Shown in pieces: positions 12,664 to 24,299 of a stretch of DNA of 64,000 bases. The stretch is taken from NCBI GenBank assembly GCA_011109175.1, contig RDEW01000003.1:620001-684000 (forward strand). The letters are read 5' to 3'. Origin of the DNA: Dicyema japonicum. Taxonomy: Eukaryota > Animalia > Dicyemida. The position numbers and the translations under genes were made by a program. The notes below the pieces were generated by a model. That model was given only the letters and a program-made list of their open reading frames with translations, did not search any database and had not been told where the DNA came from. Positions within the stretch are counted from its first letter, which is position 1, and the number at the start of each line of letters is the position of its first letter.

Positions 12664-12948
12664 TCAAGAGATCAGTTTCAGAGATTCATCAGGATCTGCT
12701 ACGAGAGTAGGGTCAAACGGTTCAATGCAAGCAGTTTGATTGGAGTAAGAAAAAGCAGTACCAGATGAAAGGCATGGTTGGCAGTTCCATTTTGTCATAT
12801 TGATAAGAGCCTTCTTGGACACTCCTACGCAAGACCTGTGATACCATCTTGAACAGGCTGCACAAGCGATCATCCTTTTTCTCATATTAGTTACGTTGCA
12901 CTTTTCACATGGATAGGTGTTTTCCTTCCTTTCTTCATTAGTCTTCAT
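12664..12948 (-). CDS. PHD (C4HC3) zinc-finger ORF of the CRE element
   Basis: CEKC...MIACAACSRWYHRSC...WNCQPC gives the Cys4-His-Cys3 pattern. It is separated from the RT ORF by one in-frame TGA. Confidence 0.85.
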   Translation of the reverse strand: MKTNEERKENTYPCEKCNVTNMRKRMIACAACSRWYHRSCVGVSKKALINMTKWNCQPCLSSGTAFSYSNQTACIEPFDPTLVADPDESLKLIS

Positions 12949-13129
12949 TGTTGTGTCTGTATTTTTCGTAAAACCACGTCGACAATTAGTTAATTAGTTA
13001 ACATTTATTATATTTATGAGATTTAATATTTTATTTTAAATAATTCTACTTGCTTGAATAAGGTTTACTGTGTTGTAATTTAAAGAAAGAAGAAATAATA
13101 AAAAATTATCATATCTACGGATATTTCAC

Positions 13130-14340
13130 TGAAGATCTGGATAGATTAACAAGATAAGATATCGTCGACTTGCTGAATCGTTAATATTTGAGAGGGCTGA
13201 AGTTTATTGATGTTTGTATAATTCGTTTACTGTTTAGCAAAATAATTCGAGGTTACAATTGTTTCTTCGAATGAGGTAGAAATGAAAAAACGTGCAATTC
13301 TGGTATACGTTGGCTTTTCTAAATATTAGGAGGAGCATAACTTGATTCATATTGGCAGCAATAGGCTATTTAGTCTATTACGTGGAAAAATGTTTCGAGA
13401 ACAGTGATGTCATTAGACAGTCTAATTTTTGCCAGTCAAAGCGGATGACAAGTCCGCCTTTCAATCCAATCCTGGATAAAACCACGGGACTGAAATCCTT
13501 CCTATTTAATTTATTTAAGGCGCTATTCGGAAAGAAACTACAATTATTATTGGGTATACAGTAATTTGATATTTGTCAGATTCATATCGTCATCGATTCT
13601 TTTTACAAAGATTCTTTTTTGAAGTTTGAGTTGGTTGACCCACCAATTTTGAAAACATCTGAAGAAATAATATTTTACAAGAATTATATTTCATCGCTAT
13701 GGGTGTACTGCATACCGATAATAGGAAGGAGTTTAAGAACTCAAGGATGAATTCGGCCTAAGCACATTTTTGGTTGTACCCGCGCAAGTAAGTTCATTGA
13801 GAGGTATGTTTTTTTATTTAAAAAAAGATTCAATCAAGAATGGCTATTTTTGACAACAGCATATGAAGCCAATTTTGGAAGTTATCTGCCTTGTCTAAGC
13901 CGAATCGTATATATTTACGATGCCAGCATACACGAAACGACAAGACAGACACCATTTTTATTTTTATGGGTTATAAATACCAACAGACTATGTGTGAACC
14001 GTCCAAGAATTTGGTGAGATAATTGTTGGTGAAAATCCCACTATCTGCTAAGATTAAATTTTCGGTCAGGTTTTGTTAGTCGGAATAAATTTAGGCTCGT
14101 AAAGACTCAGGTCGTTGATATATTCGGGCAGGCGAAAAGATGGCTCGCCTACGAAGATGGTAAAATGATCAACTTCATGTAATACTTCGAGATTCCTCTT
14201 TGCCAAGAGACACTTCGAAGATAATCCAGCCCATATGGAAATGGCTTTATATGATGTAGAAATAACGGTATATCAAATAGTTAACGACGTGGGAAATTTC
14301 TTAGAAATCAAAAGAAACATTTTCGCAGATTAATATTATC
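13130..14340 (+). mobile_element. Degenerate Ginger-like DDE integrase transposon
   Basis: GVLHTDNRKEFKN (~13700), KHIFGCTRA and SIHETTRQTPFLF resemble rve integrase motifs (TDNG.EF, G.P..P, H.TT..TP). Confidence 0.6.
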
Positions 14341-14384
14341 AATGAAAAATTTTATTCAGTTAAAAGTCAGAATGGGACGTTCAA

Positions 14385-15300
14385 CCGCAGATGCTGTTTG
14401 GTCTCACAGGTGGATATGTGTCATGGGGGGTCACAGAGCTAGAGCTCAAGAAAATGGATGTATTTCATCGAAAACAATTACGTATTACTCGACCTTAGTT
14501 GGCCAAGGAGATTACAAATAAGAAATTATACAGATGTTTTCCGAAAATAAGTCTATGGGCTAATTTTAATTACAAAAAGTTTTAATGACAAAAAGAACAT
14601 GATGCCGACACTTTTGGAGATCCTAGTCAGAAAGAATAACAAAGGAATCAATGAGATTGTCAAATCACTTGAACAAGTTCAAAATCAACAAGAGGAAAAT
14701 TCAATTAACAGTAACTTATTTTCGGGATAATTTAGCACGATTTTTTGAATTAAATTTTTTACAACTCCATATCTTCAGCCATTGGATGAAGAGTTAATTA
14801 TGTATTCAAGTCATATTGGAGAAATGAATAAGTGGATGTCAGTGAATTTCACCAAAAGATTATCAAAAGGGCCAAGCTGAGAATGTGCTTTGCAAATGAC
14901 ATTTATTTTATAAATAAAATAGCACCAATGTCAATAATTAAAAGTGACGAATGCTGTGGAATCGCACCAAGAGGCAAGAAATTCCTCTTGACTGTTTGCA
15001 TTCAAGGCTACAGTCAGTCTTAGCAGAAAAAATCTGAAATAGCAATGTCGCATATGTTGAATTAGAGAATGAATATGACGCTATTTCCGATGAACGCCCC
15101 TCCAATATAATAATGTACAATTACTTAAACAGAGAACAAACCATCGTTCAGAGAAGGCCTAGAGTCACTCTCCTTGTGGCTCTGAAAGGATCTGAATAGA
15201 ATTGAAAGAAAACTTAAATGTGTGTGAAGTCTTAGAAGAGCTACGAACGGATGCACACGGCAGAGGCCGATGGAGACGCCCAGTGAAAATAATTTCGCAA
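14385..15300 (+). mobile_element. Two short RTE remnants (14385-14540 and 15150-15300)
   Basis: GRSTADAVWSHRW joined directly to ELKKMDVFHRKQLR, and RRPRVTLL..DLNRIE...GRGRWRR. Both are homologous to the 59914-62553 ORF. Confidence 0.65.
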
Positions 15301-15724
15301 CGTGTGGCCAAACTGAACTTTAGTTAATACATAGATGCCCAAATTGTAAGTTAGCATTGGGAGAACGAAATAGTTGTAAGTCTTATTTTGTTTTTTATCC
15401 AGATATAGACTGTTTTTTCTCGGTTGACGATTATGAACCAGTTTTTAAATTTCGAGGGAATTTTCTATAACAATTTTTCTCTTACCAAAGAATGTATACA
15501 TCCTTATAATGAACAATGATGTCATTTCGTAGTTTTAAATGGTTGAGTATTCCGATGGTCTTTAACATATTAGTGAATTTTCAATTTCTTTGAGAATTTT
15601 TTGTCCCCTGGCTTGTTGTGAATTTGGAAAACCACTTTATTAAAAAATCATAGCAGAAAATCTTCCTAAAGAGTTTGAAAAAGAGATGCCTTTGAAAAGA
15701 TAATGAGGCGAAATTCACTAAAAC

Positions 15725-17572
15725 TTGTATAATTACGCAATTGGTCGTTGTAGTGATAAGAGAGAAGAAGAGACAAAGAAAGGAAAATCAGAAAAGAACA
15801 TGCAGAAAATTTCAAAAGATGAGATCTGCAAAAAATGTAACATAATGAACAAAAGAAAGTGGATGATACATTGCATGGCCTGTTCGTGTGGCTTCCACAT
15901 GTCCTGTGCCGGAATGACTAAAAGTGCCCTGGCTGTCATTTCCGATTGGCACTGTCGGTCATGTCTCCTACCAGATAATACGACATACTCAGCCCTACGC
16001 TACCCTTCTGAACATGTTCCACAAGACCATCATTGATCTCAAACCTGACACACACACCAAGGTTCCTGATCAGGATCCCCAAAGCTACCCGTACGTATAT
16101 CGCGGACTGCCTAATTGAGTGTATTGAAAGGGCAGTCTATTCGGATGACTCTGAGGATTGGGTACTATTATTTTGCTTTGCTCCATTCACACTATGCATA
16201 CCCCATATGAGGGGGAACGAAAAGAAATCACTTACGTCATTAGTAAAGGAGAATATCCACAAATTTTTCTCAAGGAACCTATTTGCAGACACCGAAAAGC
16301 CCATCAACAAAAACCAAAACCATGAGAAGTCAACACAGATCATCTCGGACACTCAGACATTAAGAAGTGCGATCCGTCGAAAACTTTTCGTCGGTGACCT
16401 CAAAACTTGTATGCAAGAGCGATCCTGCCTACGCTGAATAACACAGCAACAACCGAACCAATTAGCGGTCGGCACCCCCAGGGGTTGTGAAGCAGCAGTT
16501 CATGCTTTCCAAACATTAACCAAAAAGAACGTCTGTAAATGATGGACGCACATACCTCCTTATTCCGGCTGAGAAACGCCTTATCAGCACAGAAACTTAA
16601 CTACGTTCTTCGGGGGCACCCTGCTACATGAAAAAGTAACAGATGATATCGATTCCCTCTTCGAGACCACTATTGAACGTATCACCAATGTGAAATTTGA
16701 CGACCGAGGGTGGGGCCAAGCGACACTACCCGTTAGCCTGGACGGACTAGGAATCCATTCACCGAAAGATCTGGCTTGCCCCGTGTATCTGTCCGACTCC
16801 TGATCAGGATGATTCTCCAACTCCAAACAGAATCATCTGAAATCACAGATATGGAGCATTTGAAAGGGATGATGCCTGAGCAAAAAGACCGTTTCAGGAC
16901 CATCTGTACGATAAATATGAGAGGCTTCTGAACCAATCAAACCAACACAGACGTGCCTGTCTAGTCACTGGAAGATGCGAATGGAGTGGCGCTTGGATCA
17001 ACGCACTAGTGTCGGGACCCTTGACAACGACACTGTCCGCATCGGCATCTCCACCAGACTTGGACTGGAGATTTGCCGGACTCACAAATGCGGTGTGGCG
17101 TTACCGTCGATTGTTATGGACACCATCTTGTCGAAGAAGTGCAGAATAATTCTCAAGACACAATGCGATCAACGGAATTGTCAAGCGAGCCCTGGAGTTT
17201 GCTGGAAACCCCGTTAGAAAAGGGGAAACCATTGGTCTGGGACGCTACTTGTGTCGACACACTTTGCCCGTCCAACATTGTCGGGAGTGCGGTAGACACA
17301 CTACATGCCGCGGAAAAACAATTAGGGCTAAGAAGAAATACGAAGCGCTACGCGACAGATTATCGTTTTATCCCATTGTGGTCGAGACAACTGGAGGAAT
17401 AAGGGGAAAATCGCTTCGCTTACTAAAGAAACTTGGACGCTTAGCTACACTAAAAAGCCACGACGCACATGAGACCCGCTGGCCTCTCCAGTTGATCTCT
17501 GTTGCAATCGTGAGAGGCAACGGAACGTCGATAATGTCGGCGGGGTCCACGTTGGATGGATGGCCGTGTTAA
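15725..17572 (+). mobile_element. Second, divergent PHD-CRE retrotransposon with internal deletions
   Basis: PHD (CKKC..MIHCMAC..FHMSC..WHCRSC), RIPKATR N-terminal region, QATLPVSLDGLGI, TVRIGISTRLGLEIC, LVWDATCVDT, PIVVETTG, IVRGNG. Confidence 0.85.
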
Positions 17573-17811
17573 ATAATTATCTTAATTATTTCCACTAAAA
17601 CTTGGTGCGTCAGTAAATTGATCTCTAATACTGTTATAAAATACAACTAAGTACAGTTCAACTCCTACCACAATAGAAAAGCGCCCCAAAACAGAGTAAC
17701 ATAATTTATCAATTTTTCAATAATATATTTTATTTTTTAATTAAATTGCATGTTAAAAATTAATAAGCCATTTATTTATTAATTAAAAATTAACGGGAGA
17801 ATTTTGAATTA

Positions 17812-19930
17812 GCGTCATGTGGTTCGCCGTTTTTGGTGTCGAAAACTGTGGATTATACATCCCAGACAAAAGAACCATCCACTACGTCCACTCCAAGAGG
17901 AATGTCCTTCTTGGACGGTCGACCCACTGGCCTCTCTCTCCTGTCTTGATGGAAGCCTACCTAATGCTTTCCGGCGATGTAAATCTTAATCATGGACCTC
18001 CAAGACCCCTTATTTTGATTCAACTAAACATAAATGGGGTGAAAGGGAAAATCCTCGAACTTAGAAACCTCTTAAAAAGTAAAATACTCACATTTGCCTT
18101 CTCCAAGAAACAAGTAAAACTACATCTTCTTCCACTCCCGTCTTCCTAAACTATCACGTTATCAGGCGTGACCGCCCAGCTGGGCGGGGTGGTGGACTGC
18201 TTACTCTTATCAAAAAAGAAATTCCGTACGCAAACGAAACTTTTGTCAACCTCATCTCTCCCGTCGAATATATTGGTATTTCAGTCAAGACAAGTATCGG
18301 AAACATAAACATATTGAATGTGTATGTACCACCGCCTAACTCATGCCCCAAGGAATTCAGGTTCTCTTTTTCAGACGTCGACGAATCAAAAAATATGTTA
18401 CCTAAGAACCAACCATGCGATGTCAGAGGAAACCAATTGTTATCAAATCTGGATGACCTGGTAATATTAAACAGCCCTGCATTCAATACAAGGACTCTCT
18501 ACAGAGCGAATGACAGGACATCGTCCCCCGATTTCACTCTTGCCTCACCAAACACGCAACATTAACAAAATGGACAGTGCTATACGAGTCCAGCAGTTAC
18601 CATAATCCCGTTTATGACTACGTTTGAAGGAAGAGTGTCAATTGTAAAGAAACCTGTTTCATTACCGACTGTCGAAAAAAGTTCTCAAATTTTGTCGACT
18701 AATATCTTCTTGACTTTCATTTATCCGATTTCAACTCCATCTATAAAGCACTACACTATTTTAATAGAGTGGTACGCGAGGGAATGAATATTTGTATTAA
18801 AAGAAGGCCACTGACCTCAAGAAAGATGCCTCCTCTCAGAGCCGATCCACTCATAAAAGAAAGAAATTACCTAAAAAGCCTCCAAAAACCATCTTGGGAA
18901 ACAAGATTGAGAATTAGTACTTTAGAAAGAGAGATCAGGAACAATTCATAGAAGAAACAAGAGAAAGTTTGGAAAAACCTCATGTCCAATCTAAACAAGC
19001 AGAACTCCCCTACAAAAATGTGGAAAACACTTAGAAGCTTTATCAACGCTGACAACACGCCCTTACGTGAAGAAATGGAAAACAAGATCTTCCTAAATAA
19101 ACTAACCAAGTACTACGCCTCCACGAGTTTCATCCCACACAAGAAATTCGAAGGTCCATCCATCCTAGCCATTAAACCTAAAATAGCTACCTCCCCGATT
19201 GTCCTCTCTTTGGAGAGCGTACAGAATATGGTCAATGGTCAAAAGTCGACTTATTCCTGTGGTCCGGACGGAATCCCTGCAATAGTTCTGAAAAACATAG
19301 GCCTCCATGTTATCATGGCCCTCACCAAAATTTTCAACTTTTCAATCAACGAAAATTGTATTCCTTCCATGTGGAAGCAATCAAACATACGACCAATTCT
19401 GAAACCCGGGCGACCAAAGGGATCACCAGCCTCATTCAGACTAATATCTTTCCTATGTGTTACATCAAAAAATTTGGAAAAGCAGTCAGAAAAGGGCACT
19501 CTACAGAAACTCATTTTACATGCCTTACAAATTTTATCAAGGATGGCCTAAAACGCAAACCTCATCAGAAGTCATTGATATGCTCCATCGATTTAGAAAA
19601 AACTTTCGACACTGTCTAAGAAAGCTTTTGATAAAGAAGATCTCTACGTAAAAAATCCCAAACAACCTGAAAGTCTGAATTGCTAATTTCCTATATGGAA
19701 GAAGAGGAAGAGTGACTGCTGGAAAAACTAGTCAGTGACCAAGTTCCTTCAAAAGTAAGGCTCTGCAAAAGTTTTCACAGACACCACTAAACCCTACACC
19801 ATTTGAGGAATTAGTGAGGAAAACTGGAGCCTTACTACCACCCAAAAAAGTAAGAAACCCACGTTCAATCCGGAAATGCGTTGGAACCCGGGAGGAACAC
19901 CGAGCAAGAATGAGATGGTCGGAATCACCT
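17812..19930 (+). mobile_element. Ingi/Vingi-like LINE with degenerate 2A-like motif
   Basis: MLSGDVNLNHGP (motif at 17976-17999), LIQLNINGVKGKILELR, DRPAGRGGGLLTLI, SSPDFTLAS, SCGPDGIP, IRPILKPG, IDLEKTFDTV. Internally deleted. Confidence 0.8.
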
Positions 19931-20928
19931 GACGGCTATGTAGTTATTTAATTTGTCGGTGTTTTTAAATTTTTAATAATAATAATAATCACTAATTTTC
20001 CTCGATATTTTTTTCCGTAATTTCTTGGATACGTTCAGTCAGAAATCATAATATTCTCTTGGTGTTTCATGACAAGCATTAAATAATGAATTTTCAGATT
20101 ATTCATTGTATTTATTGTGTCTATAAAATTATGATTTTAATTTCATTACACCAATCATATAATTTGTGTTATTTTCGCTTCCACTAAATTTGATGTCCAT
20201 TGAACTTGAAATATGAGTCTCCAAAAGTTCAGATTTTATGCTCGAGCAATTTCGGGAACATTCTAAATTCATCTATTTATTCCAACATTGATGTTACCGA
20301 CTTTAGGCTTCTACAACAAATACGACAACTTATCGCATATTTATTTTAACAATGTCTCAAAATAATTTTCATAAATATCGTGCGATAAAAATTGTTTCAT
20401 AGAGGACATTTGAATATGAAGATTTAAAAGAACTGATAATCCCCACATCAGGGGTTGAAGTTGTATTTTTTTGAAGATCTAGAAAAGTAGGGTTTGAATA
20501 TTTTTGAATGTNCATCATGAACTAACTCACTTATCCGCAGATTATCTTAATGTTCTCTACTTATTAGTTTTGATGACAATCCCAATTGCTATTAATGATA
20601 TTTTTAATCGTTTTATCAAACACAAAGTCTTATTATTGAATGACCAGATATTCACAATAAAAATCGATAATAAAAGTATGAAATTTTTAATAATAAACAT
20701 TATGCTCAAACTGAGGAGAGAGGTGCAAAAATATAGAACTAAGGCGTTTTATGTGGATCATTGTGTTCACAGAACTTACTCCTATTCAATACTGGAGACT
20801 GGAAAGCAAGAACGTGAAAAGCATATGATGGAGAACTTTTTATTGATTTAATGGAGAAAACAGAAGAAACCTTTCTGATGAATTCATGGTCTAATTTTGC
20901 AACATGAACCATTTATGTGCATTTAAAC

Positions 20929-22458
20929 CAAGGTTGTTAAAAATCTGATTTTTTGATTTAAATAGGATTTTTTGATTTAAATCAGATTTTTAATTAAATG
21001 ATTTTTATTCTGAAACAAAGTAAAATAAAAATAAAAAAATGGAAATCGTATTTATTTAAAAGATAATTTAACAATTTTTAACAATTAAACAAATATCAGT
21101 TGAGGAAGCCTGCTGCGTGGATTGCGAACGAGTTCCCTCGGAGTATGGCTATTCCAATCTTTTGTCTTAGCCATAGCCCTTCTCGTTGATCCCTTTTCTT
21201 TCTGGCAAGCAATCCTCCGAGTTCTTGCAAGAATTCAGCCGTCATTGGACCAACGGCTCCCGATGATTCGGTCGCAACAGGAGTAAATCGGTAGCGATCC
21301 CCGAGGCAAGAATATTTCTTGATTTTTAGGTTTTCCGCGGTCGAAGCAGCTGCTCCAGGTGTCTGAACAGATTTAAAAGATTGTAAACAGCTTTTTCAAT
21401 TCCCAGCCTATTTTGTACAGTTGAATGTAAGAATCCAAAAGTCGAAAAAATTTGTTCTATTCCACCTGTGGAAGCAACTGCTCCAAGAATTTTTTGCAGT
21501 GTGAAATTACTTCAGAAGGTGATAAGAGTTCGACTCCCACCAAGCTATAGGTGATACTTTGCTCAATAAATTCGGAGTGAACATGTATAGTTTGAATGGA
21601 TTAGCTTTTGCTCTGAAATTAATCAGAGTCGGAAGAGCATATTCATAATGTTCAGCACAATACTCCAAGGCCAGGTCAATCTCAGCAGTTGAAAGAGATC
21701 TCCCACAACATGTTAGGCCCATTAGATTCGCAAGTAAGTGAAATGATGTTAATGCTTGATCTGCTCGAGTTTTCACTTTCTAAAATGTTGCTAGACCCAG
21801 AGGTGTCCACATTGTCAATTAGATAGCTTTCTCCACCGATGTTACAACTGACACACAAATAACAGGTTCATTATGAATGTTACTCCACCCGTCCAACATC
21901 ATAGACACTGTCTTGTCCGGAATCTTTGCCGACAATCTTCATGTATTTGGTCGTACACACGATCGAGCAATGGACCACCAATTTGATGACGAGAGGGTCA
22001 ACGATTCCCAGGAAGAAGTATTTGGACGAATTTGACAAATCCCGGATGTTCTACAGCAGCAAAGTAGTGTTACTGGAATATATGTATCTAGCGAGTTGCA
22101 TATCAATTAAAATTTTCTTCAATGACGTCATCGCAGTAACGAAATTGATTAAAGACTGGTCCCTCATCCTTGGGAGGAATTCGCTGATCAAATCACTTTC
22201 AGGTTTCGACGGATTTTCAAGGATATCAATATTAGTTCGACATAACAAATGATGCTGCCTCATCCGAGATACGAGACCTTGTACTTCCTTCCCGCAATTA
22301 CGGCATCTGGCTCGACTCCCGGTCTTTCCAGAAATAATACGTTTATCGAAGTGAACCCACAAGGCATCACGCTTTCTTTCAGACATTAAAAAAATTAATG
22401 ATTTAAATAATTATTTTGTTGTTGATTAAAATCAAATGATTTAAATCTAACAACCCTG
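20929..22458 (-). mobile_element. hAT transposon (BED finger, DUF659-type) with internal deletion
   Basis: MSERKRDALWVHF...RARCRNCGKEVQGLVSRMRQHHLLC (BED), MLDGWSNIHNEPVI, and ASTGGIEQIFSTFG (dimerisation domain). Imperfect TIRs CA(A/G)GGTTGTTA at 20929 and 22458, with gatttaaat subterminal repeats. No TSD found. Confidence 0.85.
21065..21370 (-). mobile_element. 5'-truncated CRE retrotransposon 3' end inserted in the hAT
   Basis: AASTAENLKIKKYSCLGDRYRFTPVATESSG...IGIAILRGNSFAIHAAGFLN*. 11-bp TSD atttaaaagat at 21054-21064 and 21371-21381. Confidence 0.85.
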
Positions 22459-22489
22459 CTAGAAAGTTTAAATCACCTAGATGCCTTAA

Positions 22490-22837
22490 ATTATAAGAAC
22501 TGAGAATTATAGAGTACCAATATTAACTTATACATATGCATCCAAGAATGCATGGATGACTTGTGATATCTTAAATTGGTTACAAAGAATTAATAATGAA
22601 ATGTTCTTACAGAATCGACAAATTTTAATTATTGATAACGTTGATGTCACAGTTGTCAAAATTGATTATTAAATGCTTGTCCTGAAGCACTTTGAGAATA
22701 TAATGATTTTAGACTAAAAATACAATATTGGGGAAAATTAGCGATTACTACTTAATTAATAAATAAAATTTTTAATGAATAAATTATTTTACTCGCAGTA
22801 TTTGGGGAGCTTTTCTATTGGGGCAGCGGTTGAACTG
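22490..22837 (+). mobile_element. pogo/Tigger DDE fragment with right terminus (copy at ~35300-35646)
   Basis: YASKNAWMTCDI..WLQRINNEM..QNRQILIIDN (DDE_1 motif). The terminus ...gaactg|TA has a related inverted end at 17654. Confidence 0.65.
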
Positions 22838-23123
22838 TAGTATTCTTTGCCATAATAGTATTATTTGCTAGTGGAGTTAGTCAGGGTATAGTGCCAGAAA
22901 ACTATTCGCCTCACTGGTGGGATCAGTTTGGGAGAATTGACTTTTGTTGAATAGTCCATCTTTCGGATTCGAAGTTCCGTTCAGCCAAGGCTACGAAATA
23001 TGGTATGTTCAATTTTTACAACCAGAATATTGAAATAATAATTTTAAATTATTAATAAATATTTAATCAAAAAAATAAAATAATAATAACAATCACGTGC
23101 AATTGTGACTCCTGTGGTGGTAA

Positions 23124-23771
23124 ATGAGTGGCAATATTCTTTGGTCAGATAATTCAAGTAACTATAATTATATAAATAGAATTCTCAACAATTTCATTTG
23201 AAGACATAAACGAAATAAAGGACATGTATGGAAGAGAGAAATTCGATCAAATGTTTGGCTGTAAAAAGAGGCAATTATCAACAAGTAGTGGTCCTATGGA
23301 GATATCTTCCAAAAAACCAAAAAGGAAGCCCCAAATAAAACAAGGGGGTATTGATCCTCGATTTCATAGTGAAAGCACTCAGTATGGCGGGAGTATGATC
23401 GTGAATGCGTATAAATTCCTAAGTGATAAAATAAAGGAAGAGTCTTCAATTCTGTAGCCAAACTAAAGGAGAACATCAGTGAGGAAGAGAGTTTGAGAAT
23501 TAAGGGAATATTGACTCGTCGTAAACAACAAGAGAAGTCAGAGAAGGACAAGTTGTATGAACGGAGGGTGAATGCAACACTCCGAGGTAATCAGATTGAA
23601 ATGTTGGAGAAGGGACAACATCCTCAGTTTGTTACAAGGAAGACCAAACGACAACTTGTTTTGAATGAAAGAATGAAGAATAAGTCTGCAAAATCTATCA
23701 ATAAATATCATCAGAAGAAAGAAAGGAAGGCGGCTATTAAAGATTATAAATATTATAAATTTTTAAATTAA
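23124..23771 (+). CDS. RRP36: Ribosomal RNA processing protein 36, copy A (1-nt deletion near 23455 as assembled)
   Basis: Exon 23124-23157, 22-nt intron, exon 23180-23771. Motifs: FSTISFEDI..., PMEISSKKP, IDPRF, AYKFL, GQHPQFV, KKERKAAIKD. Confidence 0.8.
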
Positions 23772-23793
23772 TTTTCATTGTTTTAAATTAATT

Positions 23794-23918
23794 AAAAATT
23801 TTTTTTAACAATTAAACAAAATATCAGTTGAGGAAGCCTGCTGCGTGGATTGCGAACGAGTTCCCTCGGAGTATGGCTATTCCAATTCTTTTGTCTTAGC
23901 CATAGCCCTTCTTGTTAT
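23794..23918 (-). mobile_element. Very short CRE 3'-end insertion, present only in duplication copy A
   Basis: Nearly identical to 21068-21180. 13-bp TSD ttttaaattaatt at 23781-23793 and 23919-23931; the empty site is at ~36590. Confidence 0.85.
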
Positions 23919-24299
23919 TTTTAAATTAATTTTCTATATTAGGTTGGGTTAAATATACAATTAACAATGTTCTGGTTTCCTGTGCTTCTGCAAGGTACCT
24001 TCACTGGTGAGATTAATACAACTGTACTAGAACTGTTCCTACATTATTTCTGGCGGTTTTTGTCACTACGACTTTCGTCCTTCAATAATGTGTGTATTCA
24101 TTCGGAATCTAAAGCGACGGATCCTAAGGATAATGGTACTCAACGATAACGAGTATGATAATGTTTAATCGAATTTATTTTCTTAATCCAATAATGTCCT
24201 TGCAAAAAACCATAATCAGGTTAATAGCACTATGAGCTTTCATCAACAACCATATTTACACTCAAGTCATACTCTTATGAAGAATAAATAAAACAGACC

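Larger units (their letters stand above)
9915..12984 (-). mobile_element. Near-full-length CRE-clade (RLE-type) non-LTR retrotransposon with N-terminal PHD finger
   Basis: PHD ORF 12948-12664; in-frame RT ORF 12651-10456 (QQGDPLGPLLF, WYLDDG, LPISLGGIGL). Frameshifted CCHC knuckle plus restriction-like endonuclease (CKCG..GLHLLSC, RH, RRPDG, WDVT, AIETSG, VRGN) ends at 10015. Possible 12-bp TSD attagttaatta at 9903-9914 and 12985-12996. Confidence 0.9.

Noticed and set aside
10275-12739. Plus-strand ORFs overlapping the CRE RT, and similar antisense ORFs over the RTE at 60-62.8 kb
   Set aside because: These are shadow ORFs of GC-richer TE coding sequence with no independent motifs.
9900-17650. 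Spliced-leader RNA or snRNA gene targeting by the CRE elements, as in trypanosome CRE/SLACS
   Set aside because: The flanks of the CRE copies share no conserved sequence and are simple AT-rich DNA. No SL or snRNA-like repeat was seen.
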